A stretch of DNA of 56,369 nucleotides from Methanomassiliicoccales archaeon (GTDB taxonomy: Archaea > Thermoplasmatota > Thermoplasmata > Methanomassiliicoccales > UBA472): NCBI GenBank assembly GCA_028682915.1, contig JAJRAN010000135.1, forward strand, positions 1-56,369, in the 5' to 3' direction. The position numbers were made by a program, and so were the translations under genes. The notes below the pieces were generated by a model. The model was given only the letters and a program-made list of their open reading frames with translations. It was not told the origin of the DNA and made no database searches. This document shows, piece by piece, positions 33,848 through 43,960 of the stretch; position 1 is the first letter of the stretch, and every line of letters begins with the position of its first letter.

Positions 33848-36800
33848 TCAGTCCTTCCTGGCGATTACTATTAGGAGGACACCCAGCATTAGCGCGCCGA
33901 TGAGGGCGATGGTTATGGCCAGGGTCCAGTTGAACTCCGTTACGACCTCTTGGACCACGATCATGGTGTTGCCCATGCTCATGTCCACGCTGGCCTCGGC
34001 CAAGGTCGGGTTCTCGTTGAACTTGACCGTGACCGTGTAGTTGTTCATGCCCAGGTCCATCGTGCCGTCCTCGGACTGCGCCCAACCGACGACCTCGTGG
34101 GTCACCGTGCCGTCCTCGCCAGTGTCATCGGCCCAGGCGATGTTGCCCAGGGCGTCAGTGGCTACGACGTAGGCTCCCGCGGTGCTGCGGTTGAACTTGT
34201 CCTTGGCGAGCACGGTTAGGTCGTACCAGACTCGGATTCCGGTCTTGACGACGTTCGCCATGTCCTCATTCACGATTACGGTTCCGCTGACCACCTGTGG
34301 GGTGAACTCGACCCTGCCGCCATAGTCCTCGACCGAGTTCGGGAAGGTAGCCGTCACGGAGTAGGGCTCCGCGCTAGCGTCCTTGCCGTTCGGGGTCTGG
34401 ACATATGACTTCACCAGTTGCGTGTACACTCCGTCCTCGTCGGTGGTCCCAGTGTAATTGTACAGGCCGTTGGCGCTCGCGAGTACTATGGTCGCACCAG
34501 GCACGCCGTGTCCCTGTGGGTCGGTGGCCTTGGTCATCAGGAAGAACTTCACGATCACGTTGGTCTGCACTACCACGCTGGTCGGACCATTCACGCTGAC
34601 GGTTGTCGGGTCTGGCTCGGCCGGGCTGAACTCGGCATCGTGTCCTGGGTAGCTGCTGGTGTCGACTCCGCCGAAGGACGCATTCACCTTGTACGGGTTC
34701 ATGCTAGTGTCCTTGCCGGCAGAGGTCAGCACAAAGCTGACCGCCCTGGTCGCGAAGATACCGTTCTCGCTGGTCTTGCCCTGGTTGACGACATCGCCCT
34801 TGGCATTCTTGACGGTCACTGGCACATTGGCCAGGGTGTTACCCCACGGGTCCTTGACCACGACGATCAAGGCGAAGGCAACCGTTATCTCGCTGTTCCC
34901 ATCGGCTTTGATCTTGCCGATGAGGGTCGAGTCCGTCACAGATACCTCGGAGTTCGCTGACCATATGGCGAAGTCGCCTGCTATGAGCGTCGCGTTGGAG
35001 ATCGAGGCTACACAGCCGTCCAGGAAGATGGCGTCATCGAGGACCTTGATGGTACCGCCGTTGACGGTTACCTCAGAGTTCTTAGCGACAATTCCATCAT
35101 ATACCGGTACTGGAAGGCTCATGTTGCGGATTATTCCATCCGAGCTCATGTAGGGCACTATCAGCGTGCGGGACAGGATGTCGTCGTTGAAGGTCAGCTC
35201 AGAGTCCACGACCATGACGCCCGTGGTCAGCATTCCGAACTCGTTACCGGAGGTGCTAACCACCGCGCCATCGATGGCAAAGACACCGATGTGACCGAAC
35301 AACAGCTCAGACAGCATCTCTGGGGAGATCCAGAGGTCCAGCATTGGCAGGTAAGTCATGCCGTCCATCATGCCCAAAATAGGCGCGAACTGGAACATGA
35401 CATCCACCAGGGTGCAGTACCCAATCTGGTTGTCCTCGATGCTCACCGCACCACCTTTTATGAAGATCTCCTTGTTGTTGAACAAGAAGATGTTGTCCTT
35501 GATGGTGCCAGTGGTCTGCTCCGTCAATACACCAGCTATGGAGTTCAGCGCGAACACGTTGTCTATTATCTGGCTCATGTCACCATCGCGAACGAACATA
35601 CCGATGGAGTTGTCAGCGATCATACAGTCCGTGATCACCGGCGATGCGCCATTTTCCACCAGGATACCATTCCTGTTGTTCATGGCTATCGTCGAGGACA
35701 TGATGACCGGCGCGCAGCCATCCACCACTACGCCGTTGCGCAGGTTGTACACTATCTGGCTGGTGAATATCTTGGCTGATGCCGTCGGCCCAAGGTAGAG
35801 CTCTAGCGCATCGGTCACAAGGACGTTCATGAAGTCCAAGCCACCGAACACGTTGAACTCATAGTAGTAAGCCGACTCCCCATATTCCGATAGCCAGAAG
35901 TCCACGTTGAAGGCCTTCAACATACCACCTGCATCGACGGTGATGGTCGCGAGACCGTCACTGTCGTCGCCGATGATCTCGAAGTCCACCAGCATGAACA
36001 GCACTAGGTTGCCGCCCTCCTGCACGGTGAGGTCGCCGTTGAAGATCACAGGGTTGTTGATAACGCTGCTCTCTCCATTGACGATCCAATCAACAGCGCT
36101 ATCGAACAGCAGACCGTACTCACCGTTGTTGTTGAACATGCCGTTTATCACGGTGACGCTGCTGTAGCTGTCGATCCACAGGCCGCTAAGGAAGTTGTTG
36201 CTGACCTGCGTATTCTCAATGGTCCCATAGCTGTCGTAGATCCACAAGCCGTTGGCGCCGCTCATGCTGAAGACGCAGTCCTGGATGAGGAAGCCATCGA
36301 CGTAATCGAATTGGCCGCCATCGACGACAGACATGGTCACGTCCACGTTGACGAACGATATATCATAGGAGTCTTCGACCCAGACGCCAAACGTGAATCC
36401 AGTGACCGGGGTGTCGCTGATCCAGATGTTCTCGCTGTTCATTACGAAGATGCCGACGCCGTACCTGTATCCGTCCGATTCAGGTCCGTCACCGCCATCC
36501 TCGCCTTCGACTGCCATCGCGCTCAGCACATTGCTGTAGGCGTCACCGTCATCGCTGAAGGTTATCGCCAAGCCACCGTAGGCGTTGCTGACCACATTGT
36601 AGGCTATGTCGAAGTACTGACAGTTGTCCACCCAGAGGCCGTACCCAGAGCCAACTCCATCTATGGTGTTCTCCATGATGTCGATGTACTCGAAGTAGCT
36701 CACGAAGATGCCGTTGAAGCCGACGTTCGTGATCTGGTTGTTGGTTATGCTCAGGTCTCCGGACAAGTAGTCCTCGAACTCGTCATATCCGCCGCCCAGA

Positions 36801-39800
36801 TAGATGCCCGACCCGCCGCAGTCCGTGAAGGTGTTGTCGGTGATGGTCAGGCCATCCACGTAGGCTCCCCAGAGTCCATCGGCCCCAGCGCCGGACACTT
36901 CATTGCCCATTACCAGCACATTGTAGGATGGCAGGATCTCCTCGACATAGTAATCGTAGCCCTCCACGATGATGCCGTAGGATTCCGTGTCCGACATGCA
37001 GGTGATGGTGTTGTCCAGGATGCTTCCGGTGCCGCTGTAGGCGCTGATTCCCTCATAGGCCGCGTTGGTCACCTGGTTGTTCTGGATGAGGAAGCCCGCT
37101 AGGTCCACCTCGATGCCATAGCCGCACGAGTCGACGGTGTTGTCGGTGATGGTCACCGGTACCGCCGCAATTGGCCAGCTGACGAAGTAGATGCCTCCAT
37201 CCGCCGCGCTCACAGTGTTCTCAGTGATGGTCGCAGTGCCAGAGACGCCCGCTCCCCAGTAGTACTCGCTGGAGTCGTCGTAGATCTCGATGTCGATGGC
37301 CCAGCAGTATTCGTCCCAACCGTCACCAGTGACGGTGTTGTTGTTGACGACTACCGCAGCGTCGATGGTCGCCCATGGCGATCCCCAGTTGTAGTCGGTG
37401 CCACGGTACAGGTCCGCGTACAGGCCCTCCTCGTATGCCTCTTGGATCACGTTGTCCAGGAGGTTCACGGTGGTCTGTACGACCGCAGTGGTCTCGCCGT
37501 AGGTGGCCCAGGACCATTCCTGGACCTCTAAGGCTGTGTAGGCGTACCAGACCTCGTTGCCCTGGAACAGCACATCGATGGTGGCCTCGGCAGATGCCGT
37601 GTCATCGTACCTGTATGGCAGGGTTCTTGCATCGGCCCCGCCACCAAGGTAGACCCCGTTACCGCCGTATGCGTACAACACGTTGTTGAGCACGGAGATG
37701 GTGGAGTCCAAGCTGCTGTAGGCCTGGCCTGTCGATGAGGTTGTCCATGCCTCTAGGTCCATCAGCCAACCGGAATACGTCCAGTACCAGCGGCTCAGAT
37801 AGTTGTCATAGACATCTATCGTGCCTCTGGAGGTTGCTACCGCGCTGGTGAACACACCATAGTAGTCCTCTTGCGCCAGGTTGCTGACGTAGACGGTGAT
37901 CCCATCATAATAGCCGCTGATGTCGTTGCCACTGACGTCGACCATGTAGGTTATGTCAGAAGTCGCGAAAACCTCGGTCTCGTAAGGCGGGAAGTAGTGC
38001 TCGAACATGGCGCTCGAGATGATGTACACATACACACCGTCAGTGTAGGCTTCGATGTCGTTGCCCTGTATGGTCACGACGGCGTTCGAACTGGTCGCGC
38101 CCCAGCTGTTGTACACGCTGGCCTCTGACCAGACGTATACGCCTTGGTATGCGTACCAGACGGTGTTGCCTACCACGTTGACGTTGAACTCCATGGTCCC
38201 GGTTCCGAGGCCCTCTGAGACCGGCTGATATGCTATCATTACCAGGCCGTAGTCAGCGATTCCGTAACCGAAGTCAAGGACGTTGTTCTCGTAGTTGGCG
38301 TCCACCGCAAGATCGGCTGTCGATCCGGCGTCGATGCTGGTCAGGGTCTGTGTGATGGTGGCATAGATACCATAACTGAAGTAGGTGTCCATGTCGCTGA
38401 TCATGTTGCCCTGGGCGTCGATGCTGAAGGCGGTCGCTATGCTTCCGCCTCCGGCGCTGAGTATCTCGTCATCGATGCCGACGGCTCCCAATCCTGGGAA
38501 CGAAGATTCCGTCAGGATGTTGTTCATTATGCTTACGTCATGCTGGACGCTCGACTCTCCATCGGCCGCGGTCATGTAGTATAGAACGCTATAGAACTGA
38601 GCCGGGCCGGGCCCGCCTATCGGGGGCGCGAACGGCGACCACATGCTTTCCATCCACGGATCGAGGTCTCCAGTGATGTTGTTGTCCTGGAAGATCGTCT
38701 CCGCGGTTATGCTCCATGTGGCCATCTCTGTCGCGATGTAGGTCTCCATATAGAACGTGCCGGCATGGATTCCCAGGTTGCCCTCGACCCTCTTGGTCAC
38801 GGACAGGGAATAGCTGCCTTCCAAGGCGCTGTCCTCTACGATGGTCCACATCGCGCCGCAGGATATTACCTGCTCGAAGACGCAATTGGTGATGGCCATG
38901 CTGCTAACGCCACCGTTTATTGGCGAATCCAATAGGCCGATGGCCAGCCCCATCACGAGATAGAAGTTCATGTTCGTGACCACGACGTTCATGGTGCCGT
39001 TCCAGTCCAGTAGCGACAACGCAGCCCAATAGCCGTACATGTTGCCGCCGATGTAGTTGAACGTGGTGTCGTTGATCACGACGGTCATTACTCCGTCAAC
39101 GCATTCGAAGAGCATACCGCCAGTCATGAAGTGGGTGACCGAGGTGTGAGTGACGATGGCCGTCAGGTTACCCTCGGCATGCACGAAGGAAGCGTATCCT
39201 GCGGACATGCGCTCCATGGTGAAGTGCACGGTCATCCAGTCATTGTCGTAGGCGTACCAGTTCCAAAGCCTGAGGTCCCAGTTCATGTTGCTGCCCGCGA
39301 AGTTGACACCATATGCGTAATCCGCTGGTGTGGATGGAGAGAACTTGGACTCCATCATGGCGTACCTGATCTCGGCGTCGCCACTCTCGAACAGCACGAT
39401 CTCGAATACGTTCTTCAGCTGCTCGCTGTCAGACTGCCACACATACCAGTGGAAGATGATCGCACCCTCCACCTTCTTGTAGCCGATGCCCGGGTACTCG
39501 CTGGTCGTCCAATATGGGTTCTGGGCGGCCGCGATCATGTTGGGGACACCAGGTCCGAAGTTGTAGTATGTGCTGTTCACATCGGAAACGCCAAACCCGA
39601 GCCAGCCATATACGGACATCGTGACCTGGTCATAGAGTTCACCATTGAACTCGAAGTTCCAGTCCAGGTCCACGGTCAGCCAGGAGTTGGTCGTCCACGC
39701 ATCGGGGTCGATCATCACGTAGTTGCTCTCGACCTCGCTTGGCAGGAACAGCTGGGCGTTATCGGCCATCGAGCCGTCGAAGTTGTCGCGCAGGTAGACT

Positions 39801-42800
39801 ACCCTTGCGTCATGCATCGCGTCGATGTGCACGCATCCCGAGCCTTGCCCGAGGAACTCATCGTCCACCAATTGGGCGGAGACGTCGTTCGCGGAATACA
39901 CATAGATGCCGAATTCCCCGAGCTCGAAGGTCGTGTTGTCCACGTTGACGGTCACGTCGCCGTTCATCAGGGTGCGCAGGTAGAATCCGAACCAGTTGTT
40001 CGACAGGAAGGATCCGGTCGCTTCTACCACCACGTCATCCTGATCCGCCTCCGCGAACAGTCCGAACTCGCTGCTGTTGAGGAGTTGGGCGTTCTGCAAG
40101 CTGACGGTTATCCCGCCCACTTGCGAGTGGATCTCGATGCCCTTGGTGTTGTTCTCGAAGGTCGTGTCCACCACGCTCAGGTCGACCGCCCCGGCCGCGT
40201 CAAGGAACATTCCAATATCACAATTGAAGATCCAGGACGGGTCGATGACGACGTCGATCGTGCCCATGGCTGCGATGACATCGAACCCTTTCTCTCCAGT
40301 GTTCGTGACCTGGACATCGGTCAGGTCAAGGACTACGTTGCCCATGGTCGATAGCACGAGGACGCCATTGATGCTGGTGTCGTTCAGGCTAACACCGGTC
40401 ATGGTCAGGTTGAGGTCTCCCACGGATTGGAGGACCACTGCGTTGCCGTTCCAGGTGTGATCGACCACGACGTTGTCGAACGTGGCCATCAGCTTGCCGT
40501 TCATGGAATAGGCAAGTATGCCGTTGTCCACATTGTCCGTGAGCACGGAGTTCGACACATCCAAGACCACATCTCCGACCAAGGAGGTGATATAGACCCC
40601 GTTGCTGGCGTTCACCAGGTTGAGGCCGTCGATGTTTACCTCGGTCGTTAGGTTGGAGAGCACGTATAGGCCATAGCCGTTCATTATGCTGTATGGCCAC
40701 ATCTCCAGGTTCGCCTGGCTCAGATCAACGCTGACTGCGCCCTCAGGGGCTTCCAGCCAGATCATGTTGACTGCTACCCAGCCGTTCCAGGGGATCTCGT
40801 ACTTCATCTTGATGTGCCGGTTGATGTCGTTCCCTACGAAGTTGATGTTACCCAGGTCGGAGTACAGCACGATGCCGCCGTGCAGGTTGGTGTCCAATCC
40901 ATTGAAGTTGGCTACGATGTTTCCAACCGCGTCAGCCTCGAATGCCGATAACTCCCACCAGGACGGGTACCAATATTCCGGCCCGGTCAGTATGTCGTTG
41001 TTCACGGACAGGTCAACAACGTTGGCGGTTATTGTGCCGGTTGCGCTCAGGAACACTCCCTGGATCACATTGTTGATCGACACGCCATTGGCGTTGAAGA
41101 CAATGTTCCCATTCGGCACAGAGACGTATGCGCCCATGTAGCTCATGTTGCTCCAGATATCCGTCATGGAGACGCTTGCCGAGTGGTTCGAGGAAACGTA
41201 TAGAACGCTGTTCATTACATTTCCAGAATTGTAATACCACGAGCCATCGGTGTACATCTGGATCTCTACGTTGGTCATGGAGGCTGTAACCCCGCCCTCA
41301 TCGGCGACCAGGTCGACTCCCGCCCTAGTTGAGTCCGCTCCAGTTACAAGGCCGTTCGTCCAGGCGAAGTTGACATTACCAAGCGTCGATTCGACGAAGA
41401 CGCAATAGTAGGTGTCGTTCATGTCAACGTCAACCATGGTCAGGGCGATATTACCCAAGGCCACAACGTAGACGCCATAGAGCGAGTGGTTGATCAACGT
41501 GGGGTCGATCCTCGCTGTTACCGCGCCGTTTGGTGCCATGGCAGATATGCCAGTTATCGCGCCCTCTATGGTCGCATCGGAGACGTCCAAGACGATGTTA
41601 CCATTGGCGGTTTCCACACTCAGACCTAGGAATAGGCCTGTAGCGTAGAACCTCGTTGCGGTGACTGTGGCAGTGGTGTTGACGTCACAATAGACGCTGC
41701 CTTCTCCGCCAATTAAGTAGTCCCCGATGATGTTGACGTCGGTCATGGTGATGGTTGCTCCACCCTCATATGACCAAACATACACACCATACCCTTTGAC
41801 GCTGGTCATGTTGACATTGTCTAGGGTTATTGTTATGGCGCCAAATGCTTGTGCATATACGCCATACTGCGTCAAATTCTCGAAGGTGACGTCGGATACG
41901 GCGATGTTGACCCCACCGAATGGGGCTAAAGCGAATGCACCGATGGTGGCGTTTTGGACCCTCATATTGGTCAAGGTCACTTGCGCCATACCAGATTGAC
42001 CAAGAGTCAACGCACCTGCAGCATAGGTCGTGCCAAGGTCGATGACATTACCCAATGTCACGCCGTTGACGCTAACGACCGCGTTAGCCATCTGAGATAC
42101 CGCCGCGGCGCAGGACTGAGCATAGTAGATGGCAGTCCCTCCGCTGATGCTTACCGATGCGTTCCAATAGGCATCGGCCAAGACTGCGGTGGTCATGCCC
42201 GCCGAGGGCGAGGTGTAGAGCCCGCCAACGACGCTGACCGAGGCGTTCTGCGCAGAGGTCGCTCTTATCGCGTTGCCGCCGACATTGGCCATGACGCAAT
42301 CCGTTATGGTGGCCACGATGTTACCATCATTGGTTACCAGAACCAGTCCATTGGCCGCGTCATTGATCACGAAACCCGACAAGGCCACGTTCATGTTGCC
42401 TATGGTCCTTGTGTAGGTTACCGCGTTGCCAGATATGAACTGGATGGTCCCGCTGATGGTCGCCGTGGTGTCCACCACTTGGACGCCGTTAGTGGCATAG
42501 CTGAGGGTGAAATACACCATCCTGGACCCGGACGGACCGGTTAAAATTATGCCGTCCCATGAGCCTGGTATGGTTCCGGTGGAGCTTGAGAATCTTATGG
42601 TACCACCGGATGCGCTGGTACCGTTAGCCCACAAATAACCCTCAACAGTCAAGCTTGAGCCATCGGTGAAATTGACGTACACACCGGGGTCGATCTTTAG
42701 CCAGACCCCGCTTTGTACGGTAATATCACCGTCAATCACATAGTTGTCCGCCGTCGTCAGCTGCGTATTCGTAGTGACGTCGGTGTTTATTGTTACTGTC

Positions 42801-42937
42801 GCCGCGCTCGCATGGCTGGTGCTAAGTAACAGCACCAACGCAAAAGCGAATACGAGCAACGCGACATAGAGCAATGCTCTCTTTCCAAGAACGCGACCTA
42901 TCGGTAGGGTGCGTTCAGTAACGTTTGCCGTATCCAT
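33848..42937 (-). CDS. Giant (~3,030 aa) cell-surface protein: signal peptide, dozens of right-handed parallel beta-helix (PbH1/NosD-like) repeats, Ig-like modules, C-terminal transmembrane anchor
   Basis: The uninterrupted ORF runs to 42964 (TTG). The ATG at 42937 is preceded by GAGGTG. Signal/anchor LLYVALLVFAFALVLLLSTSHASA. Recurring ~22-25-aa N/G/V/T-rich turns such as NGVYITS, NGILAYS and NGVLVLS. NosD-like block NVISNN..GI.L..S at aa ~2000-2500. Three CarboxypepD_reg-like modules follow. Ends LAITIALIGALMLGVLLIVIARKD. Confidence 0.8.
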   Translation of the reverse strand: MDTANVTERTLPIGRVLGKRALLYVALLVFAFALVLLLSTSHASAATVTINTDVTTNTQLTTADNYVIDGDITVQSGVWLKIDPGVYVNFTDGSSLTVEGYLWANGTSASGGTIRFSSSTGTIPGSWDGIILTGPSGSRMVYFTLSYATNGVQVVDTTATISGTIQFISGNAVTYTRTIGNMNVALSGFVINDAANGLVLVTNDGNIVATITDCVMANVGGNAIRATSAQNASVSVVGGLYTSPSAGMTTAVLADAYWNASVSISGGTAIYYAQSCAAAVSQMANAVVSVNGVTLGNVIDLGTTYAAGALTLGQSGMAQVTLTNMRVQNATIGAFALAPFGGVNIAVSDVTFENLTQYGVYAQAFGAITITLDNVNMTSVKGYGVYVWSYEGGATITMTDVNIIGDYLIGGEGSVYCDVNTTATVTATRFYATGLFLGLSVETANGNIVLDVSDATIEGAITGISAMAPNGAVTARIDPTLINHSLYGVYVVALGNIALTMVDVDMNDTYYCVFVESTLGNVNFAWTNGLVTGADSTRAGVDLVADEGGVTASMTNVEIQMYTDGSWYYNSGNVMNSVLYVSSNHSASVSMTDIWSNMSYMGAYVSVPNGNIVFNANGVSINNVIQGVFLSATGTITANVVDLSVNNDILTGPEYWYPSWWELSAFEADAVGNIVANFNGLDTNLHGGIVLYSDLGNINFVGNDINRHIKMKYEIPWNGWVAVNMIWLEAPEGAVSVDLSQANLEMWPYSIMNGYGLYVLSNLTTEVNIDGLNLVNASNGVYITSLVGDVVLDVSNSVLTDNVDNGILAYSMNGKLMATFDNVVVDHTWNGNAVVLQSVGDLNLTMTGVSLNDTSINGVLVLSTMGNVVLDLTDVQVTNTGEKGFDVIAAMGTIDVVIDPSWIFNCDIGMFLDAAGAVDLSVVDTTFENNTKGIEIHSQVGGITVSLQNAQLLNSSEFGLFAEADQDDVVVEATGSFLSNNWFGFYLRTLMNGDVTVNVDNTTFELGEFGIYVYSANDVSAQLVDDEFLGQGSGCVHIDAMHDARVVYLRDNFDGSMADNAQLFLPSEVESNYVMIDPDAWTTNSWLTVDLDWNFEFNGELYDQVTMSVYGWLGFGVSDVNSTYYNFGPGVPNMIAAAQNPYWTTSEYPGIGYKKVEGAIIFHWYVWQSDSEQLKNVFEIVLFESGDAEIRYAMMESKFSPSTPADYAYGVNFAGSNMNWDLRLWNWYAYDNDWMTVHFTMERMSAGYASFVHAEGNLTAIVTHTSVTHFMTGGMLFECVDGVMTVVINDTTFNYIGGNMYGYWAALSLLDWNGTMNVVVTNMNFYLVMGLAIGLLDSPINGGVSSMAITNCVFEQVISCGAMWTIVEDSALEGSYSLSVTKRVEGNLGIHAGTFYMETYIATEMATWSITAETIFQDNNITGDLDPWMESMWSPFAPPIGGPGPAQFYSVLYYMTAADGESSVQHDVSIMNNILTESSFPGLGAVGIDDEILSAGGGSIATAFSIDAQGNMISDMDTYFSYGIYATITQTLTSIDAGSTADLAVDANYENNVLDFGYGIADYGLVMIAYQPVSEGLGTGTMEFNVNVVGNTVWYAYQGVYVWSEASVYNSWGATSSNAVVTIQGNDIEAYTDGVYVYIISSAMFEHYFPPYETEVFATSDITYMVDVSGNDISGYYDGITVYVSNLAQEDYYGVFTSAVATSRGTIDVYDNYLSRWYWTYSGWLMDLEAWTTSSTGQAYSSLDSTISVLNNVLYAYGGNGVYLGGGADARTLPYRYDDTASAEATIDVLFQGNEVWYAYTALEVQEWSWATYGETTAVVQTTVNLLDNVIQEAYEEGLYADLYRGTDYNWGSPWATIDAAVVVNNNTVTGDGWDEYCWAIDIEIYDDSSEYYWGAGVSGTATITENTVSAADGGIYFVSWPIAAVPVTITDNTVDSCGYGIEVDLAGFLIQNNQVTNAAYEGISAYSGTGSILDNTITCMSDTESYGIIVEGYDYYVEEILPSYNVLVMGNEVSGAGADGLWGAYVDGLTITDNTFTDCGGSGIYLGGGYDEFEDYLSGDLSITNNQITNVGFNGIFVSYFEYIDIMENTIDGVGSGYGLWVDNCQYFDIAYNVVSNAYGGLAITFSDDGDAYSNVLSAMAVEGEDGGDGPESDGYRYGVGIFVMNSENIWISDTPVTGFTFGVWVEDSYDISFVNVDVTMSVVDGGQFDYVDGFLIQDCVFSMSGANGLWIYDSYGTIENTQVSNNFLSGLWIDSYSSVTVINGMFNNNGEYGLLFDSAVDWIVNGESSVINNPVIFNGDLTVQEGGNLVLFMLVDFEIIGDDSDGLATITVDAGGMLKAFNVDFWLSEYGESAYYYEFNVFGGLDFMNVLVTDALELYLGPTASAKIFTSQIVYNLRNGVVVDGCAPVIMSSTIAMNNRNGILVENGASPVITDCMIADNSIGMFVRDGDMSQIIDNVFALNSIAGVLTEQTTGTIKDNIFLFNNKEIFIKGGAVSIEDNQIGYCTLVDVMFQFAPILGMMDGMTYLPMLDLWISPEMLSELLFGHIGVFAIDGAVVSTSGNEFGMLTTGVMVVDSELTFNDDILSRTLIVPYMSSDGIIRNMSLPVPVYDGIVAKNSEVTVNGGTIKVLDDAIFLDGCVASISNATLIAGDFAIWSANSEVSVTDSTLIGKIKADGNSEITVAFALIVVVKDPWGNTLANVPVTVKNAKGDVVNQGKTSENGIFATRAVSFVLTSAGKDTSMNPYKVNASFGGVDTSSYPGHDAEFSPAEPDPTTVSVNGPTSVVVQTNVIVKFFLMTKATDPQGHGVPGATIVLASANGLYNYTGTTDEDGVYTQLVKSYVQTPNGKDASAEPYSVTATFPNSVEDYGGRVEFTPQVVSGTVIVNEDMANVVKTGIRVWYDLTVLAKDKFNRSTAGAYVVATDALGNIAWADDTGEDGTVTHEVVGWAQSEDGTMDLGMNNYTVTVKFNENPTLAEASVDMSMGNTMIVVQEVVTEFNWTLAITIALIGALMLGVLLIVIARKD

Positions 42938-43247
42938 GTCTCGCCACCTCAGGAAGAGGTACAAGAAATTCCTCCCGAACCAAAGCGTTTAAATTGTAGA
43001 GGTATTATGGATTTGCCTATTACTTAAACCTTCTTCCAGCATAGGGAAAAATCCCGCCTTTGAGCCATTTAACGAAAAACCGTCTGGCTAGTCCATCCGC
43101 TTCGGATAATGATTCCAATGGATATTCGGCAGAACATAATTCCTGCGAAGACTTGTTATCGGAATGCGAAATGGCGCATACGAAGCGTCGTGACATCTTC
43201 GCGGATTCTGAGAAAGGTTAAGTGAAAAGAACGAAATATCGGCTCTC

Positions 43248-43904
43248 GTGCACAAGACCACGACGATCGAGATGGAGGCGGACGTGCTAGCCGAGAATCG
43301 GAAGCTTGCGGCCGACAACCTCCGTAAATTGAGGAGCAAGGGGGTGAGGTCGGTGGATGTGATGGGATCCATCGGATCGGGGAAGACCGCTCTGATCGTC
43401 AGACTTGCCAAGGAGCTCAAATCCAAGGGCAAGAGGGTAGCGGCCATTGCCGGTGATGTGACCGGCGAGGACGATTACAGGATCTTCAAGGGTGCTGGCA
43501 TCCCCTCCATCAACCTGAACACGGGCAAGGAGTGCCACCTCGACGCACATTTAGTGAACGAGGCGCTGGATGAGCTCAGGCTCGAGGAGTATGATGTGCT
43601 GTTCATCGAGAACGTGGGGAACCTGGTCTGTCCTGCGGACTTCCCGCTGGGCACCGACCATCGGATGGTCGTGATCTCCCCGACGGAGGGGGATGACATG
43701 ATCAACAAGCACCCCATGATCTTCCTTGAGGCGGAGATCGCGGTGCTCAACAAGATCGATCTCCTCCCTCATCTGGATGTTGACGTGGACCGGCTGAAGG
43801 CCGACTACGCCAAGATACGGAAGGGAGGTACATTGCACATGACTAGCGCCAAGAGCGGGGCGGGGCTGCCCGAGCTGCTCAGGGCTTTGCATCTCACGGA
43901 CTGA
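43248..43904 (+). CDS. hypB: Hydrogenase nickel-incorporation GTPase HypB
   Basis: 218 aa with a GTG start. P-loop VMGSIGSGKTALI, ENVGNLVCPA and NKIDL. No His-rich N-terminal stretch. Confidence 0.85.
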   Translation: MHKTTTIEMEADVLAENRKLAADNLRKLRSKGVRSVDVMGSIGSGKTALIVRLAKELKSKGKRVAAIAGDVTGEDDYRIFKGAGIPSINLNTGKECHLDAHLVNEALDELRLEEYDVLFIENVGNLVCPADFPLGTDHRMVVISPTEGDDMINKHPMIFLEAEIAVLNKIDLLPHLDVDVDRLKADYAKIRKGGTLHMTSAKSGAGLPELLRALHLTD

Positions 43905-43960
43905 GGTCCAAAATGGTTCAGCACAGATCGCGAATAGGTCATTGAAAGCTTGAGGGAGTG

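Noticed and set aside
39131-40354. 407-aa plus-strand ORF inside the giant surface-protein gene
   Set aside because: It is antisense to a 9.1-kb ORF with coherent repeat structure. Its composition is dominated by V/H/D/G/R, and there is no start context. The same reasoning applies to 36311..37102, 34418..34960 and 41954..42544.
43118-43225. 35-codon basic ORF (MDIRQNIIPAKTCYRNAKWRIRSVV...) in the intergenic region upstream of hypB; I also wondered about a missing hypA
   Set aside because: It has no CxxC pairs, so it is not HypA. It has no RBS or motif, and its length and composition are compatible with chance. The 119-aa minus ORF 43088..43447 overlaps hypB and looks spurious as well.
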